Positions 9,972-25,531 of a stretch of DNA of 64,000 nt are shown here, piece after piece (the first letter of the stretch is position 1; every line of letters begins with the position of its first letter). The notes below the pieces were generated by a model. It had not been told where the DNA came from, searched no databases, and was given only the letters and a program-made list of their open reading frames with translations. The stretch is from Candidatus Latescibacterota bacterium (GTDB lineage: Bacteria > Latescibacterota > UBA2968 > UBA8231). The DNA lies in contig OZ241362.1 of NCBI GenBank assembly GCA_965200315.1, positions 3,968,001 through 4,032,000 on the forward strand. Reading direction: 5' to 3'. The position numbers were made by a program, and so were the translations under genes.

Positions 9972-10523
9972 TTACGATGTAAGCACCGCTCGGTGCAAAG
10001 TCCAATACTCGGCCCCGGTCGGCTTGAGCATACTTTCGATCAATTCTACCGCCTTCACCGGAACCTGCAACCGCGGCAACTCACCGCTCCACTTGCTGCT
10101 TGGTGGGCGCACTTCCGCCCGCACCCGACCCAGCGTCACGTGCGGACGAAAGTCCCGTTCCTCTGGCTCCCAACCAGCGGCGCACACCACTTCTTCAACA
10201 TCCCGTTGCAACGCACCCAACCGTCCGTCCGCATCCGCCACACCAGCCCAAATAACCTTCGGTCGGCGGCGATTGGGAAAGCAGCCGCTTTGCTCTACAG
10301 GCTCGGTAAACGCTTCATGCCGTGCGGCAACCGCCGTCAATCCTTCCCGCAGCGCGGCGATTTGCGCGTCCTCAGCCGCGCCGAGAAAGCGCAGCGTCAA
10401 ATGGAGATTCTCCGGCCGCACCCAACGCACACCCTGCGCCGGCCACAACGGCCGCATCGCGTCGCTCAGCTTTCCCAATGCCGCCGGCACCCGGATGGCG
10501 ACGAAGGCGCGACTAACGGGCAC
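9972..10523 (-). CDS. thpR: RNA 2',3'-cyclic phosphodiesterase (2H family)
   Basis: Two HxT motifs: NLHLTLRFLG and FRPHVTLGR. Confidence 0.9.
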   Translation of the reverse strand: MPVSRAFVAIRVPAALGKLSDAMRPLWPAQGVRWVRPENLHLTLRFLGAAEDAQIAALREGLTAVAARHEAFTEPVEQSGCFPNRRRPKVIWAGVADADGRLGALQRDVEEVVCAAGWEPEERDFRPHVTLGRVRAEVRPPSSKWSGELPRLQVPVKAVELIESMLKPTGAEYWTLHRAVLTS

Positions 10524-11313
10524 CGCAAGCCCGCAAGCAGGCGTTCAAATACCCCCGGCTCTCCGCCGCAATCGTCGCCACCTGCCCCAAGTCGTATTCC
10601 TTGGCACCAATCACTTCCAAGTTGGCCGCCACGTCTAGTCCCGATTCGTGCAGCACCTTGACGTACCCAAACAAATCGATGTGGCCCCGCCCACACGCCT
10701 GTAACTCCGGCGCCCCCGGCCCGCCTTCTGCCACAGCGCAATCCCGGATATGCACGTGCTTGACCCGCGAGATAACCGCCGCCAACGCCTCTACCGTATT
10801 CTCCCCCGCCCGATGGATGTGGCTCGGATCCATATCCACCCCAAACCCCGGCGAGTCGATCCGCTCCATCGCCCGCAACGTGGTCGGCGTATCGTAAATG
10901 CACTGCCCCACGTGCGCCTTAGCGCACAGCGTCACGCCGTATTCGTGCGCCCTGTCGGCCATCTTGCCCAGCAGCGCAACCTGCCGGTCGAAATCTTCCT
11001 CCACATCGCTCTTGCCCCCCGGGCCGACGTTGACGACGGGAATGCCGATCTCAGCACCAGCCGCAAACGCCAGCATTAGCCGCTCTTCGTCGAGCGCGGC
11101 TTCTTCCATCGCCAGTAATTTCAACTCGTATTTTTCCGCTAGCTCTTTGATTTGGTTGGCCTGCGCCTGCCAGTTGTCCAACTCCAAGTGCTCGCACATG
11201 CCCTTGATCGCCGCCAGTTCGACGCCGTCGTAGCCAGCGAGGTGGATATGGCGCATCGCCGTTTCCAGATCGAATCCTGCAAAGAGCACCGAATTGGCTC
11301 CTAAACGAATCAT
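10513..11313 (-). CDS. Sugar phosphate isomerase/epimerase (xylose isomerase-like TIM barrel)
   Basis: AGYDGVEL, DMDPSH, HVHIRD, GRGHID motifs; RBS GAGGAG. Confidence 0.85.
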   Translation of the reverse strand: MIRLGANSVLFAGFDLETAMRHIHLAGYDGVELAAIKGMCEHLELDNWQAQANQIKELAEKYELKLLAMEEAALDEERLMLAFAAGAEIGIPVVNVGPGGKSDVEEDFDRQVALLGKMADRAHEYGVTLCAKAHVGQCIYDTPTTLRAMERIDSPGFGVDMDPSHIHRAGENTVEALAAVISRVKHVHIRDCAVAEGGPGAPELQACGRGHIDLFGYVKVLHESGLDVAANLEVIGAKEYDLGQVATIAAESRGYLNACLRACGAR

Positions 11314-11369
11314 TTTCGCAACTCCTCTTGGGTGATAAGCAATTGATTTTACTGAATTACCGAGCGGTC

Positions 11370-11398
11370 ATTATACGCAGATAAAAAGGGGGCGTCAA
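11370..11398 (-). promoter_or_regulatory. Sigma70 promoter for the leftward operon beginning at 11313
   Basis: Minus strand reads TTGACG-N17-TATAAT. Confidence 0.75.
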
Positions 11399-11454
11399 TC
11401 GGCAGCGTGATTGGCTGGACCTCGTCCTGCCGCCTATATTACGACGCGAAAAGT

Positions 11455-11580
11455 TCGTACAGGACAGGGAAGCACGGCACTGCCCGAACCGCCCGTTTTG
11501 CTGCGGATATATGTCGCCTCAAACGGCACGGACATGGCGGAGGTGCCGGGACAGAATGGTTCCTCACTCATCTGAAGTTC
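11455..11580 (+). ncRNA. Candidate structured RNA (long bulged rod hairpin), family unassigned
   Basis: Nested pairings 11475-81/11542-48, 11482-84/11536-38, 11489-91/11529-31, 11493-98/11521-26 and 11503-06/11514-17; promoter-like TGGCTG-N17-TATATT just upstream. Confidence 0.35.
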
Positions 11581-11657
11581 CTCGACTCAACCGCCGAACT
11601 CCTCGGCCTCAAGACTCACTTCCCAGCGGCCATCGAAGTCGGCTAGACGCTGTTGGT

Positions 11658-11870
11658 CTAGGTATACCGCTGCGCATTTACATCCTCGATATCGCGCACC
11701 TTACGTGTAGTTACTTTGAAATCATGCCCCAAAACACCGAGGAGATTGAAAAGTACATCGAAGCTAACTTTTTCGATCTTGGTTCTATTTTCAATCTGGG
11801 CAATGCGCGGTTGGAAGACGCCGACCATCTCGGCCAGTTGGCCTTGCGTCAAGCCAAGCTTGCTCGCTGC
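11658..11870 (-). pseudogene. XRE-family HTH (HigA-like antitoxin) fragment, 5'-truncated
   Basis: …SKLGLTQGQLAEMVGVFQPRIAQIEN HTH pattern; no convincing start or RBS; no intact toxin partner seen. Confidence 0.5.
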
Positions 11871-11929
11871 ACATCCGTATAGTATACTCTCTGATTCCGT
11901 TCTCCGCCCCTCGCGCCCTACACGAAGTC

Positions 11930-17595
<5,666 letters not shown>

Positions 17596-17599
<4 letters not shown>

Positions 17600-18249
17600 G
17601 CGAATTGTACCTGCCCCAGCGCGCCTTTTTCGAGTTCTCCTTTCGCTGTCCGCGGCGGCAGCAACATCCTAAGATCGACGGCAACTTGCGCGATTGGGAC
17701 GACGCCGAGCGCATACCCGACCTGATGGCTGTCGATGGCCAGCAGCCCTTTGCCTCGGTCTATATGGCCTACGACGACAGCGGCCTGTACTTTGCCTGCG
17801 AGGTCAAAAAAAAGACGACCTACAAGCTCAATCCGCTCCAACCCGCGGCCGGCGACAGCCTCGAACTCTTCATCGACACCCGCGACGTCAAGGAGCATCG
17901 CGCCAACCGCTTCTGCCACCGATTTTACGTCTTGCCCGGCGGCAGCGGCAAGGACGGCAAGCAACCCATAGCCCGCCAGACTTCCATCGAGGATGCCCGC
18001 GAACAGGCACCTCCTTGCCCGGAAGACGCGATTGAAACCGGCTTGCGCCGGCTCAAGCGGAGCTATCAGCTAGAGATCAAATTGCCGACCGCGGGTCTCA
18101 ATGGGTTTGCGCCGCGGGAATTCAGCCGGGTGGGGTTTGCGTACCTGTTGCACGACGCGCAGTACGGCACCCAGTCTTGGTCGTCGATTTCGGATATGGG
18201 CGTGGAACGCGATCCGAGCACTTGGGGCACGGCTGAGTTGGTGGGCTAG
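17596..18249 (+). CDS. CBM9-like/DOMON-like sugar-binding fold protein
   Basis: ATGA overlap with the uvrA stop; PKIDGNLRDW, AYDDSGLYF, GDSLELFIDT motifs. Confidence 0.7.
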
Positions 18250-18323
18250 GGGGTGCATTTTTGGATTGATTTGTTTTTAAGCCTATCTTTTCTCAACGCT
18301 AGATTCGGTTCACAGGAGATGAG

Positions 18324-20087
18324 ATGCACGATACTCTAGCGACGCTATTCAGAGTCGCCGTAGCGCACGACAAGCGCGAGGCCATTCTCACGCGGGAATC
18401 CGGGATATACTCCCCGATTTCTTCCAAGGAGCTCGAGCGGCGCGTCGTCAACTTGCACTTAGCCTTGCGCCGGGCGGGCCTAGGACGCGGCAGCAAGTGC
18501 GCCCTGCTGTCGGAAAATCGCTGGGAGTGGGCCGTTGCGGACTTTGCCATGATGACAGCAGGCATTGTCAGCGTTCCGATCTATCCCAATCTGCCCGCTG
18601 GGCAAGTCCAGTACCTGCTCGACCATTCCGAGGCTCAAGCCGTCGTTTGCTCAAATCGCCTACAACTGAATAAAGTCCTAGCGATTCGCCGAGAACTACC
18701 GCACCTAGATACCGTTATCACTTTCGATCCTATCGCGGAAGAGAACGCGACCCAACTCGACTCCTTGATAGGGACCTCCGATCCATCGCCAGAGGCCAAG
18801 AAGGCTTTCGACGAGGCCATCGATTCCGTCCAGCCTCACGACCTAGCGAGTATCATTTACACATCCGGGACGACTGGGACGCCCAAAGGAGCGATGCTCT
18901 CCCACGGCAATATCACCACCAATATCCGCGACTCCCAACTCGTCATCCGAAGGGACGATGTGGCACTATCGTTTTTGCCGTTAAGTCACATCGCCGAGCG
19001 GATGGCCGATTACGTTTGCTTTAAGATGGGCACGACGATTGCATACGCAGAATCGCTCGAATCGGTTTCTATAAACATTCAGGAAGTTCGCCCGACCGCT
19101 GCGGTGGGCGTACCGCGGTTTTTTGAAAAGATCCATGAGCGAATCGAGGAAGGGGTCGAAAGCGCACCGGTATGGCGCCGCAAGCTGTTCAATTGGGCGG
19201 TAGATGTAGGCAAGGCCGCAGTCCCTTACCGCTTGGCCGACGAACCGTTGCCCTGGTCGCTCAAGCCCAAGCATTGGATCGCGGATAAGCTGGTTTTCGA
19301 TAAGCTGCAACGGGCACTCGGCGGGCGGATTCGCTACTTCGTCTGCGGTGCTGCGCCGCTAGGGCGCAAGCTGGCCGAATTCTTCCACGTCTTTGGCCTG
19401 CCGATCTACGAAGGATACGGTTTGACCGAAGCCTCGCCGCTGGTGTCCATCAGTACGCCGAGCAATATCAAGTTTGGAAGCGTCGGCCAGATCATTCCCA
19501 ACGTCGAGGTGCGCATTGCCGCAGACGGCGAGATCCTAGTGCGCGGGCCGAATGTGATGCAAGGGTACTACAAGATGGAGAGCCTAACAGCAGAAGTCAT
19601 TGTCGACAGCTGGCTCTACACCGGGGATGTCGGCCGGCTCGACGACGAAGGCTTCCTGTGGATCACCGATCGCAAGAAGGACTTGATCAAGACTTCGGCT
19701 GGTAAGTACATCGTGCCCTCGCTCATCGAAAATCGCTTGCGTAGCAGTCCGCTCATCGACACAGCCATAGTCGTGGGCGAGCGCAGGAATTATCCGTGTG
19801 CTTTGATCGTGCCAAATTTTGAAAAGTTGCGGGCTTGGACGCAGTCAGCCGGGATTGAATGCACCAGCGACGAAGAAATTTGCGGCCAGCCCGAGGTGCA
19901 AGACCGCATCATGGCTGAGGTAATTATCCGGTGTGCAGAGTTGGCGCGATTCGAGAAAGTCAAGAAAATCGCCTTGATCGAAAGACCGTTTTCCATCGAG
20001 GAAGGCGACCTCACGCCGACCATGAAGGTGAAGCGGCGCGAGGTCATCGCTAAATACGCCCACAAAATCGACGCCATGTACGCCTAG
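18324..20087 (+). CDS. Long-chain fatty acid-CoA ligase (AMP-binding)
   Basis: YTSGTTGTPKG, YEGYGLTE, TGDVG, LTPTMKVKR motifs. Confidence 0.92.
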   Translation: MHDTLATLFRVAVAHDKREAILTRESGIYSPISSKELERRVVNLHLALRRAGLGRGSKCALLSENRWEWAVADFAMMTAGIVSVPIYPNLPAGQVQYLLDHSEAQAVVCSNRLQLNKVLAIRRELPHLDTVITFDPIAEENATQLDSLIGTSDPSPEAKKAFDEAIDSVQPHDLASIIYTSGTTGTPKGAMLSHGNITTNIRDSQLVIRRDDVALSFLPLSHIAERMADYVCFKMGTTIAYAESLESVSINIQEVRPTAAVGVPRFFEKIHERIEEGVESAPVWRRKLFNWAVDVGKAAVPYRLADEPLPWSLKPKHWIADKLVFDKLQRALGGRIRYFVCGAAPLGRKLAEFFHVFGLPIYEGYGLTEASPLVSISTPSNIKFGSVGQIIPNVEVRIAADGEILVRGPNVMQGYYKMESLTAEVIVDSWLYTGDVGRLDDEGFLWITDRKKDLIKTSAGKYIVPSLIENRLRSSPLIDTAIVVGERRNYPCALIVPNFEKLRAWTQSAGIECTSDEEICGQPEVQDRIMAEVIIRCAELARFEKVKKIALIERPFSIEEGDLTPTMKVKRREVIAKYAHKIDAMYA

Positions 20088-20110
20088 GGATTTAGACTGC
20101 ACGGAGAAAC

Positions 20111-22693
20111 ATGACTAAACATTCTACACATATCCATCGCTTTGTCGGCCTCTTCATTTTCGTCTTGACCTTGGGCGTATATGTCAAGACCCTCGCGCCA
20201 ACTGTGTCGTTTTGGGACTGCGGTGAGTTCATCGCCACGTCCTATATCCTCGGCGTACCCCATCCTCCGGGCGCTCCGTTGTACGTGCTGTTGGGACGAG
20301 TATTTACCTTGTTTCCCTTCGGCGACGTCGCCATCCGCGTCAACTTCATGTCCGCGCTGACGTCCGCGCTGGCGATTTGGTGCGTCTATCTATCGACCGT
20401 CGCGCTTGGGCGGCGGGCGTTGGGCGGCCAGCCCCTGCAACCGCTGGGCGACGCCCGCGACATCGGCGTCCTCGCCGGTGGGGCCGTGGCCGCGCTGACG
20501 TTGGCGTTTTCCTACACCCAGTGGTACAACGCCTCCGAAGCCGAGGTGTACGGCTACTCCATCTTGTTTACGTGTCTGGGGCTGTGGCTGATTTTCTATT
20601 GGGAAGGCAGCGGCGCCGGGGCGGCCAACGACCGCTGGCTGTTGGTGCTGGCCTATTTGTTCGGCCTCGGCGGCGGCGTACACCTGTTGTGCTTATTGAC
20701 GATTCCATCGCTTATGCTGCTGGCGTGGTTTGCCGACCGCGAGCTGCGGCGGTTCATCGTGGTACTGATCGTATGGGGCGCACTTGCGCTCCTGACGATA
20801 GCAGGGATGGGGCCGGGCGTAGGGTCAAATGTAGCGATAGTGATAGAAGGGCTGGCGCTGCTCTATTTCCTGCGGCAGAGCGACCCTCATAAGCAGCGGC
20901 TGTTTTTCCTGCTGCTAGGCGTCCTCGTGCTGTTCGCGCTGGGCTATTCCACCTATGGCGCACTGTACATTCGCTCTGGCCTGAACCCAGCTATCGACGA
21001 AAACGATCCAGAGACCTGGTTGGCCTTCCTCAAGTTCCTCAACCGCGAGCAATACGGCACCGAGAGCATGCTTACTACCATGCTGACGGCGCGGGCGAGC
21101 CGCACCTATCAGTTCTGGGATCAGCAGATGAAATACTTCTTTCAGCAGTTTCCCTTTCCGCTTTTGGAGCGGGTCGAGGTGTTCCGCAAGGCCACCATAA
21201 ATATGCCGGATCCAGTGTCCATTTCGCTAGTGCCGTACGGGCTGGGGCTGTGGGGGCTGTTTTGGCACGGGCGGCGGGACTGGCCGCGGTTTGGGGGCGT
21301 GTTGCTGCTGTTTTTGATTATGGGGTTTGGGCTGTCGCTATACCTGAACATGCCCGACCCGCAGCCGCGCGAGCGACACTACGTGTTCGGCGGGATGTAC
21401 TTGGCGTTCGCGCTGTGGATCGGGTTGGGCTGGCTGGGCATAGTCGAGTCAGTGCGGCAGCAGTGGGGAAAGCACCGGGCGGTCGTGCTAACCGTGGCCG
21501 CGGCGGGGTTGTTGCTGCCGGCCGGAGTGGCCGCACGGCTCTATCACGTGCAAGACCGCACCGGCGACTTTATCGCCTATGATTACGCGTACAATATGCT
21601 GGCTAGTTGCGACGAAGGCTCCATCCTATTCACCAACGGGGACAACGACACCTTTCCGCTGTGGTTCTTGCAAGAAGTAGAAGGATTGCGGCGCGATGTG
21701 CGGGTAGTCAACTTGAGCTTGTTGAACACCAACTGGTACATCAAGCAACTGCGCGACCGCGAGCCGCGCATCGACATCCGCTACACCGACGACTTCATCG
21801 ACTCAGTGCTCACCGACACGCAGATGGTTGATTTCTACAAGCGGTACTGGCCCGAACCCAAAGTGCCGCCGGAGCTAAAGAAACTGGGAATCGACGTGGA
21901 AGTGAGCGCACCTCCTGAGTACCCAATTCTCCGCGTCCAAGACGTCATGGTCATCAAAATTCTGGCTTGGAACGAGTGGAAAAAACCCATCCATTTTGCC
22001 ATCACCGTTCCCACCAGCAACCTGCTCAACCTCGACCCCTATTTGACCATGGTCGGCATGAGCGTAAAAGTCTCGCCCGAACCTACAGACGGCGTCGATG
22101 ACGCGGCCCTAGAGCGCAATCTGCTCAAAAACTATCGCTTCCGCGGCCTCACCGATCCGTCTTTATACAAGGACGAAAACTCCGAGCGCCTCTTGGGCAA
22201 CTACTGGGCTTGCGTCTTGCAATTGGCCCGCAGCTACGAGGATCAGGAGCGCAGCGCCGAGGTGCCGCAGCTCATGCAGTGGGCGCGGGACAACATCTAC
22301 ATGAGTTGGGAAAACCACTATGCGGCGGCCGATTACTTCAGCGAACTCGGCCAGCACGCCATCTCAATCGAGCACATCCACGACGCCGTGCAGTTCCTCA
22401 TCGAGCGCGTCGATGTTGAGCCAGCCGCCACCTACGACAATATCATCGCCCTGACCGGCGTGCTGATCCAAGAACCCTACTCGGCCTACGACCGCGCCGT
22501 GGGCCTCTATCACCAAGCCATCGCCCTCGCACCGAAACGCTGGGAGGGCTACTACGAGTTGGCTGCCGCCCTCCAAGCCAAGGGCGATGTTGCCGGGGCA
22601 CTCGCTGTTCTCCAGCAATACAAAGAGCAGCACGGCGAGCGGCCAGAGTTGGTCGAGGCCGAGGGTATCCTCCGCCAATCCACCACTCCATGA
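20111..22693 (+). CDS. DUF2723 / TMEM260-like GT-C membrane glycosyltransferase with C-terminal TPRs
   Basis: PTVSFWDCGEFIA, LGVPHPPGAP, EAEVY, NGDNDTFPLW motifs; many transmembrane segments; helical repeats at the C-terminus. Confidence 0.85.
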   Translation: MTKHSTHIHRFVGLFIFVLTLGVYVKTLAPTVSFWDCGEFIATSYILGVPHPPGAPLYVLLGRVFTLFPFGDVAIRVNFMSALTSALAIWCVYLSTVALGRRALGGQPLQPLGDARDIGVLAGGAVAALTLAFSYTQWYNASEAEVYGYSILFTCLGLWLIFYWEGSGAGAANDRWLLVLAYLFGLGGGVHLLCLLTIPSLMLLAWFADRELRRFIVVLIVWGALALLTIAGMGPGVGSNVAIVIEGLALLYFLRQSDPHKQRLFFLLLGVLVLFALGYSTYGALYIRSGLNPAIDENDPETWLAFLKFLNREQYGTESMLTTMLTARASRTYQFWDQQMKYFFQQFPFPLLERVEVFRKATINMPDPVSISLVPYGLGLWGLFWHGRRDWPRFGGVLLLFLIMGFGLSLYLNMPDPQPRERHYVFGGMYLAFALWIGLGWLGIVESVRQQWGKHRAVVLTVAAAGLLLPAGVAARLYHVQDRTGDFIAYDYAYNMLASCDEGSILFTNGDNDTFPLWFLQEVEGLRRDVRVVNLSLLNTNWYIKQLRDREPRIDIRYTDDFIDSVLTDTQMVDFYKRYWPEPKVPPELKKLGIDVEVSAPPEYPILRVQDVMVIKILAWNEWKKPIHFAITVPTSNLLNLDPYLTMVGMSVKVSPEPTDGVDDAALERNLLKNYRFRGLTDPSLYKDENSERLLGNYWACVLQLARSYEDQERSAEVPQLMQWARDNIYMSWENHYAAADYFSELGQHAISIEHIHDAVQFLIERVDVEPAATYDNIIALTGVLIQEPYSAYDRAVGLYHQAIALAPKRWEGYYELAAALQAKGDVAGALAVLQQYKEQHGERPELVEAEGILRQSTTP

Positions 22694-23718
22694 CCGAGGC
22701 CGTAACCGTCGTCATCCCGCACTACCGAGCAGACGTGCTCTACGACTGCGTGGCCTCGATCTATGCACACAGCAATTGTCCCGTCCGTGTGCTCGTCGTT
22801 GACGATGGCGGTAACGCGCCTAGCTTGCAGCGGACCAAAGCCGCCTTTCCCGCGCTAGAGGTCTTGCCCAACGAGCGCAATCTCGGGTTTGCCGCAGCCT
22901 GCAACCGCGGCTTGGCGGCCGCCCACACCCGCTACGCTGTGCTGCTCAACGACGACACCCGCGTCGAGCCAAACTGGCTCGCCCCTCTCGTCGCCATGGC
23001 CGACAGCAACCCCCAGATCGCTGCCTGCCAGCCCAAGCTGCGCTCGGCCAGCGCGCCCGACCTCTTCGACTACGGAGGCGGGGCCGGCGGCTATATCGAC
23101 GCCTTGGGCTACGCCTTTTGCCGGGGGCGGCTCTTCGACCGCTGCGAGCGCGACGAGGGTCAATACGATGCGTCCGTCCCGCTCTTTTGGGCCTGCGGTG
23201 CCGCCCTTTTCCTCCGCGTTGCTGCGGCCCGCCAAGTCGGGTTTTTCGACCCCGAGTACTTCATGCACTTTGAAGAAATCGACTTGTGCTGGCGTCTCCA
23301 GCTCGCTGGCTACCAGATCCGCGCCGTGCCGCAATCCGTAGTTTTTCACCACTCGGGCCTTTCCCAGCCTCCGGCCACCTTCCGCAAGACGTACTTCAAC
23401 CACCGCAACAGCCTCATCACCCTGTGCAAAAACGAAGGGCTACGCCGCTTGCTGTGGCTGCTGCCCTTGCGCCTGTGGTTGGAGGTGATGGCCGTGCTCT
23501 ACTACCTTCGCCGCGGCCAGTGGTCCAGCGCCTTGGCCCCTTGTGTGGCCTTGCTTTGGTGCCTTGTACATCCGCGCAACATCTATTGCCGCCGCCGCCA
23601 AAGCCAAGCCATCCGCGGCGCAGCCGTCGCACGCGACGGCGTCTATGCGGGCAGCATCCTTTACCAGTACTTTGCTCGCCGCGTCCAGTGCACCTCCGCG
23701 CTCGTGCCCGAGCCATGA
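22690..23718 (+). CDS. Glycosyltransferase family 2
   Basis: VVDDG, NLGFAAACN, LLNDD, FEEIDLCWR motifs; ATGA overlap with the upstream gene. Confidence 0.9.
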   Translation: MTEAVTVVIPHYRADVLYDCVASIYAHSNCPVRVLVVDDGGNAPSLQRTKAAFPALEVLPNERNLGFAAACNRGLAAAHTRYAVLLNDDTRVEPNWLAPLVAMADSNPQIAACQPKLRSASAPDLFDYGGGAGGYIDALGYAFCRGRLFDRCERDEGQYDASVPLFWACGAALFLRVAAARQVGFFDPEYFMHFEEIDLCWRLQLAGYQIRAVPQSVVFHHSGLSQPPATFRKTYFNHRNSLITLCKNEGLRRLLWLLPLRLWLEVMAVLYYLRRGQWSSALAPCVALLWCLVHPRNIYCRRRQSQAIRGAAVARDGVYAGSILYQYFARRVQCTSALVPEP

Positions 23719-24872
23719 GTCGCGTCGCCCTCGGCTGCGAACGCCTGCTCGCGCAAGCCGACCTGATCCGCAATCGGCGCGTCGGCCTGATTACTAATCA
23801 CTCGGGCGTCGATGCACGTCTGCAATCCACCGCCGACCGCCTGCACCAATCCGATCTCTGTACGCTCGTCGCCTTGTACGGGCCGGAGCACGGAATTCGC
23901 GGCATCGCGCAGGATGGCGAACACATCGCCCATTCTACCGATGAGCGCACCGGCGTGCCAACCTATAGCCTCTATGGGCAAGCGCGAGCACCGGACGAGG
24001 CCATGCTCGCTGGCGTCGAACTGATGCTCTTTGACATCCAAGACGTCGGCGCACGCTTTTACACCTATCTCTACACCATGAGCCTGAGCATGGCCGCCTG
24101 CGCCCAAGCGGGCATTCCCTTCCTCGTCCTCGACCGCCCCAATCCCATTGGCGGCCAAGCCATCGCCGGAAATTGTCTCGACCCGGCGTTTGCCTCTTTC
24201 GTCGGGCAGTACCCAATTCCGGTGCGCTACGGCCTGACCATCGGCGAACTCGCCCGGCTCTTCAACGAGGAATACGGAATCGGCGCGGACCTGCACGTCG
24301 TTGCCATGGAGGGCTGGCAACGCTCCTTGTACTGGGAGGACACCGGCCTGCCGTGGGTGCCGCCGTCGCCCAACATGCCCAGCCCAGAGACCGCGGTGAT
24401 CTATCCGGGAACCTGCTTCTTTGAGGGGACCAACGTGTCTGAAGGACGGGGGACGGCCAAGCCTTTTGAGCAGTTTGGCGCGCCGTTTATCAACGGGGCG
24501 CGCCTAGCCGATGCGCTCAATAGCCGAGCGCTGCCCGGGGTGGGCTTCCGCCCGGTGTTTTTCCAGCCGACAGCCAGCAAGTACGCGGGCGAAATTTGCG
24601 AGGGCGTCCAAGTCCACGTCCTCGATCGCACGGCCTTTGAGCCTGTCGGCGTTGGCTTTGAGGCACTCGCGGCCGTGCGTCGGCTCTATTCGCACGAATT
24701 CGCTTGGCGTGTGCCGGCCGGTGGCGTCCACAACTTCGACCGCCTCGCTGGCACCGACCAAATCCGCTATGCACTCGACGCGGGCGCAGAAGTTGCCGAG
24801 TTGCTGGCCGTTTGGGACGAGGCGTGCCAAGCCTTTGACGCTATTCGCCGCCGCCACTTGGTGTATCCTTAG
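23715..24872 (+). CDS. namZ: Exo-beta-N-acetylmuramidase NamZ (DUF1343)
   Basis: GLITNHSG, GPEHG, DIQDVGARFYTY, LDRPNP, PSPNMP, NVSEGRGT; start reset to the ATG overlapping the GT2 stop. Confidence 0.88.
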   Translation: MSRVALGCERLLAQADLIRNRRVGLITNHSGVDARLQSTADRLHQSDLCTLVALYGPEHGIRGIAQDGEHIAHSTDERTGVPTYSLYGQARAPDEAMLAGVELMLFDIQDVGARFYTYLYTMSLSMAACAQAGIPFLVLDRPNPIGGQAIAGNCLDPAFASFVGQYPIPVRYGLTIGELARLFNEEYGIGADLHVVAMEGWQRSLYWEDTGLPWVPPSPNMPSPETAVIYPGTCFFEGTNVSEGRGTAKPFEQFGAPFINGARLADALNSRALPGVGFRPVFFQPTASKYAGEICEGVQVHVLDRTAFEPVGVGFEALAAVRRLYSHEFAWRVPAGGVHNFDRLAGTDQIRYALDAGAEVAELLAVWDEACQAFDAIRRRHLVYP

Positions 24873-24940
24873 GCAAGGTTGTCTCGCCGCGTGATCTTTG
24901 TTATCGTTCACCGCGGCACTCGCTACCCCTGATACCTGTC

Positions 24941-25531
24941 ATGCCCGCACCGCTCCAAATCGGCACCCTGTTGGTGGCTACGCCCACACTCGAATCGGTC
25001 GCCTTTGACCGTGCGGTCGTGCTCATTACCCACTACAGCGAAACAGATACCACTATGGGCTTGGTGATCAACCAGCCCCTCGGCCAGCGGATCCGGCGCT
25101 ATGCGGCTGAATCCCTGCAACAGCTCGCAGGAGGCGAAGATGTATGTGCGGAGTTAGGGCGGATATTCTATCAGGGGGGGCCGGTACATCAGCACTATCT
25201 TTTCTTTTTGCACCGACTCGACGGCTTGGTCGAAGGGGGGACGAAAATCCTCGACGGCCTCTATTTGGGCGGCAATCTCGATACCACGTACGCTGAGGCT
25301 GAGGTACTCCGGCCCGATGCGCCGCGGCTGCGGTTCTACTTGGGCTATGCCGGCTGGGAGCCGGGCCAACTCGAATCCGAGATTAGTGCTGGCACTTGGT
25401 TTTTGGCCCCAGGCGAGCCCGAGATAGTCCTCGCGTCCACGCCCGAAACCATCTGGCAAACCGCGGTGTATTCCTTGGGGGGCAAATATCGCCCCATCTC
25501 GGTATTTCCCGAAGACCCTTCCGTCAATTAA
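24941..25531 (+). CDS. YqgE/AlgH family protein (DUF179)
   Basis: FDRAVVLI, GLVINQP, GGPV, GYAGWEPGQLESEI motifs; C-terminal PSVN. Confidence 0.88.
   Translation: MPAPLQIGTLLVATPTLESVAFDRAVVLITHYSETDTTMGLVINQPLGQRIRRYAAESLQQLAGGEDVCAELGRIFYQGGPVHQHYLFFLHRLDGLVEGGTKILDGLYLGGNLDTTYAEAEVLRPDAPRLRFYLGYAGWEPGQLESEISAGTWFLAPGEPEIVLASTPETIWQTAVYSLGGKYRPISVFPEDPSVN

Noticed and set aside
23286-23714. Apparent N-terminal extensions in the ORF track (namZ; likewise 17356, 30351, 40255, 50410, 55162, 57722)
   Set aside because: They overlap upstream genes or lack an RBS; downstream starts with stop/start coupling or an RBS fit the families better.
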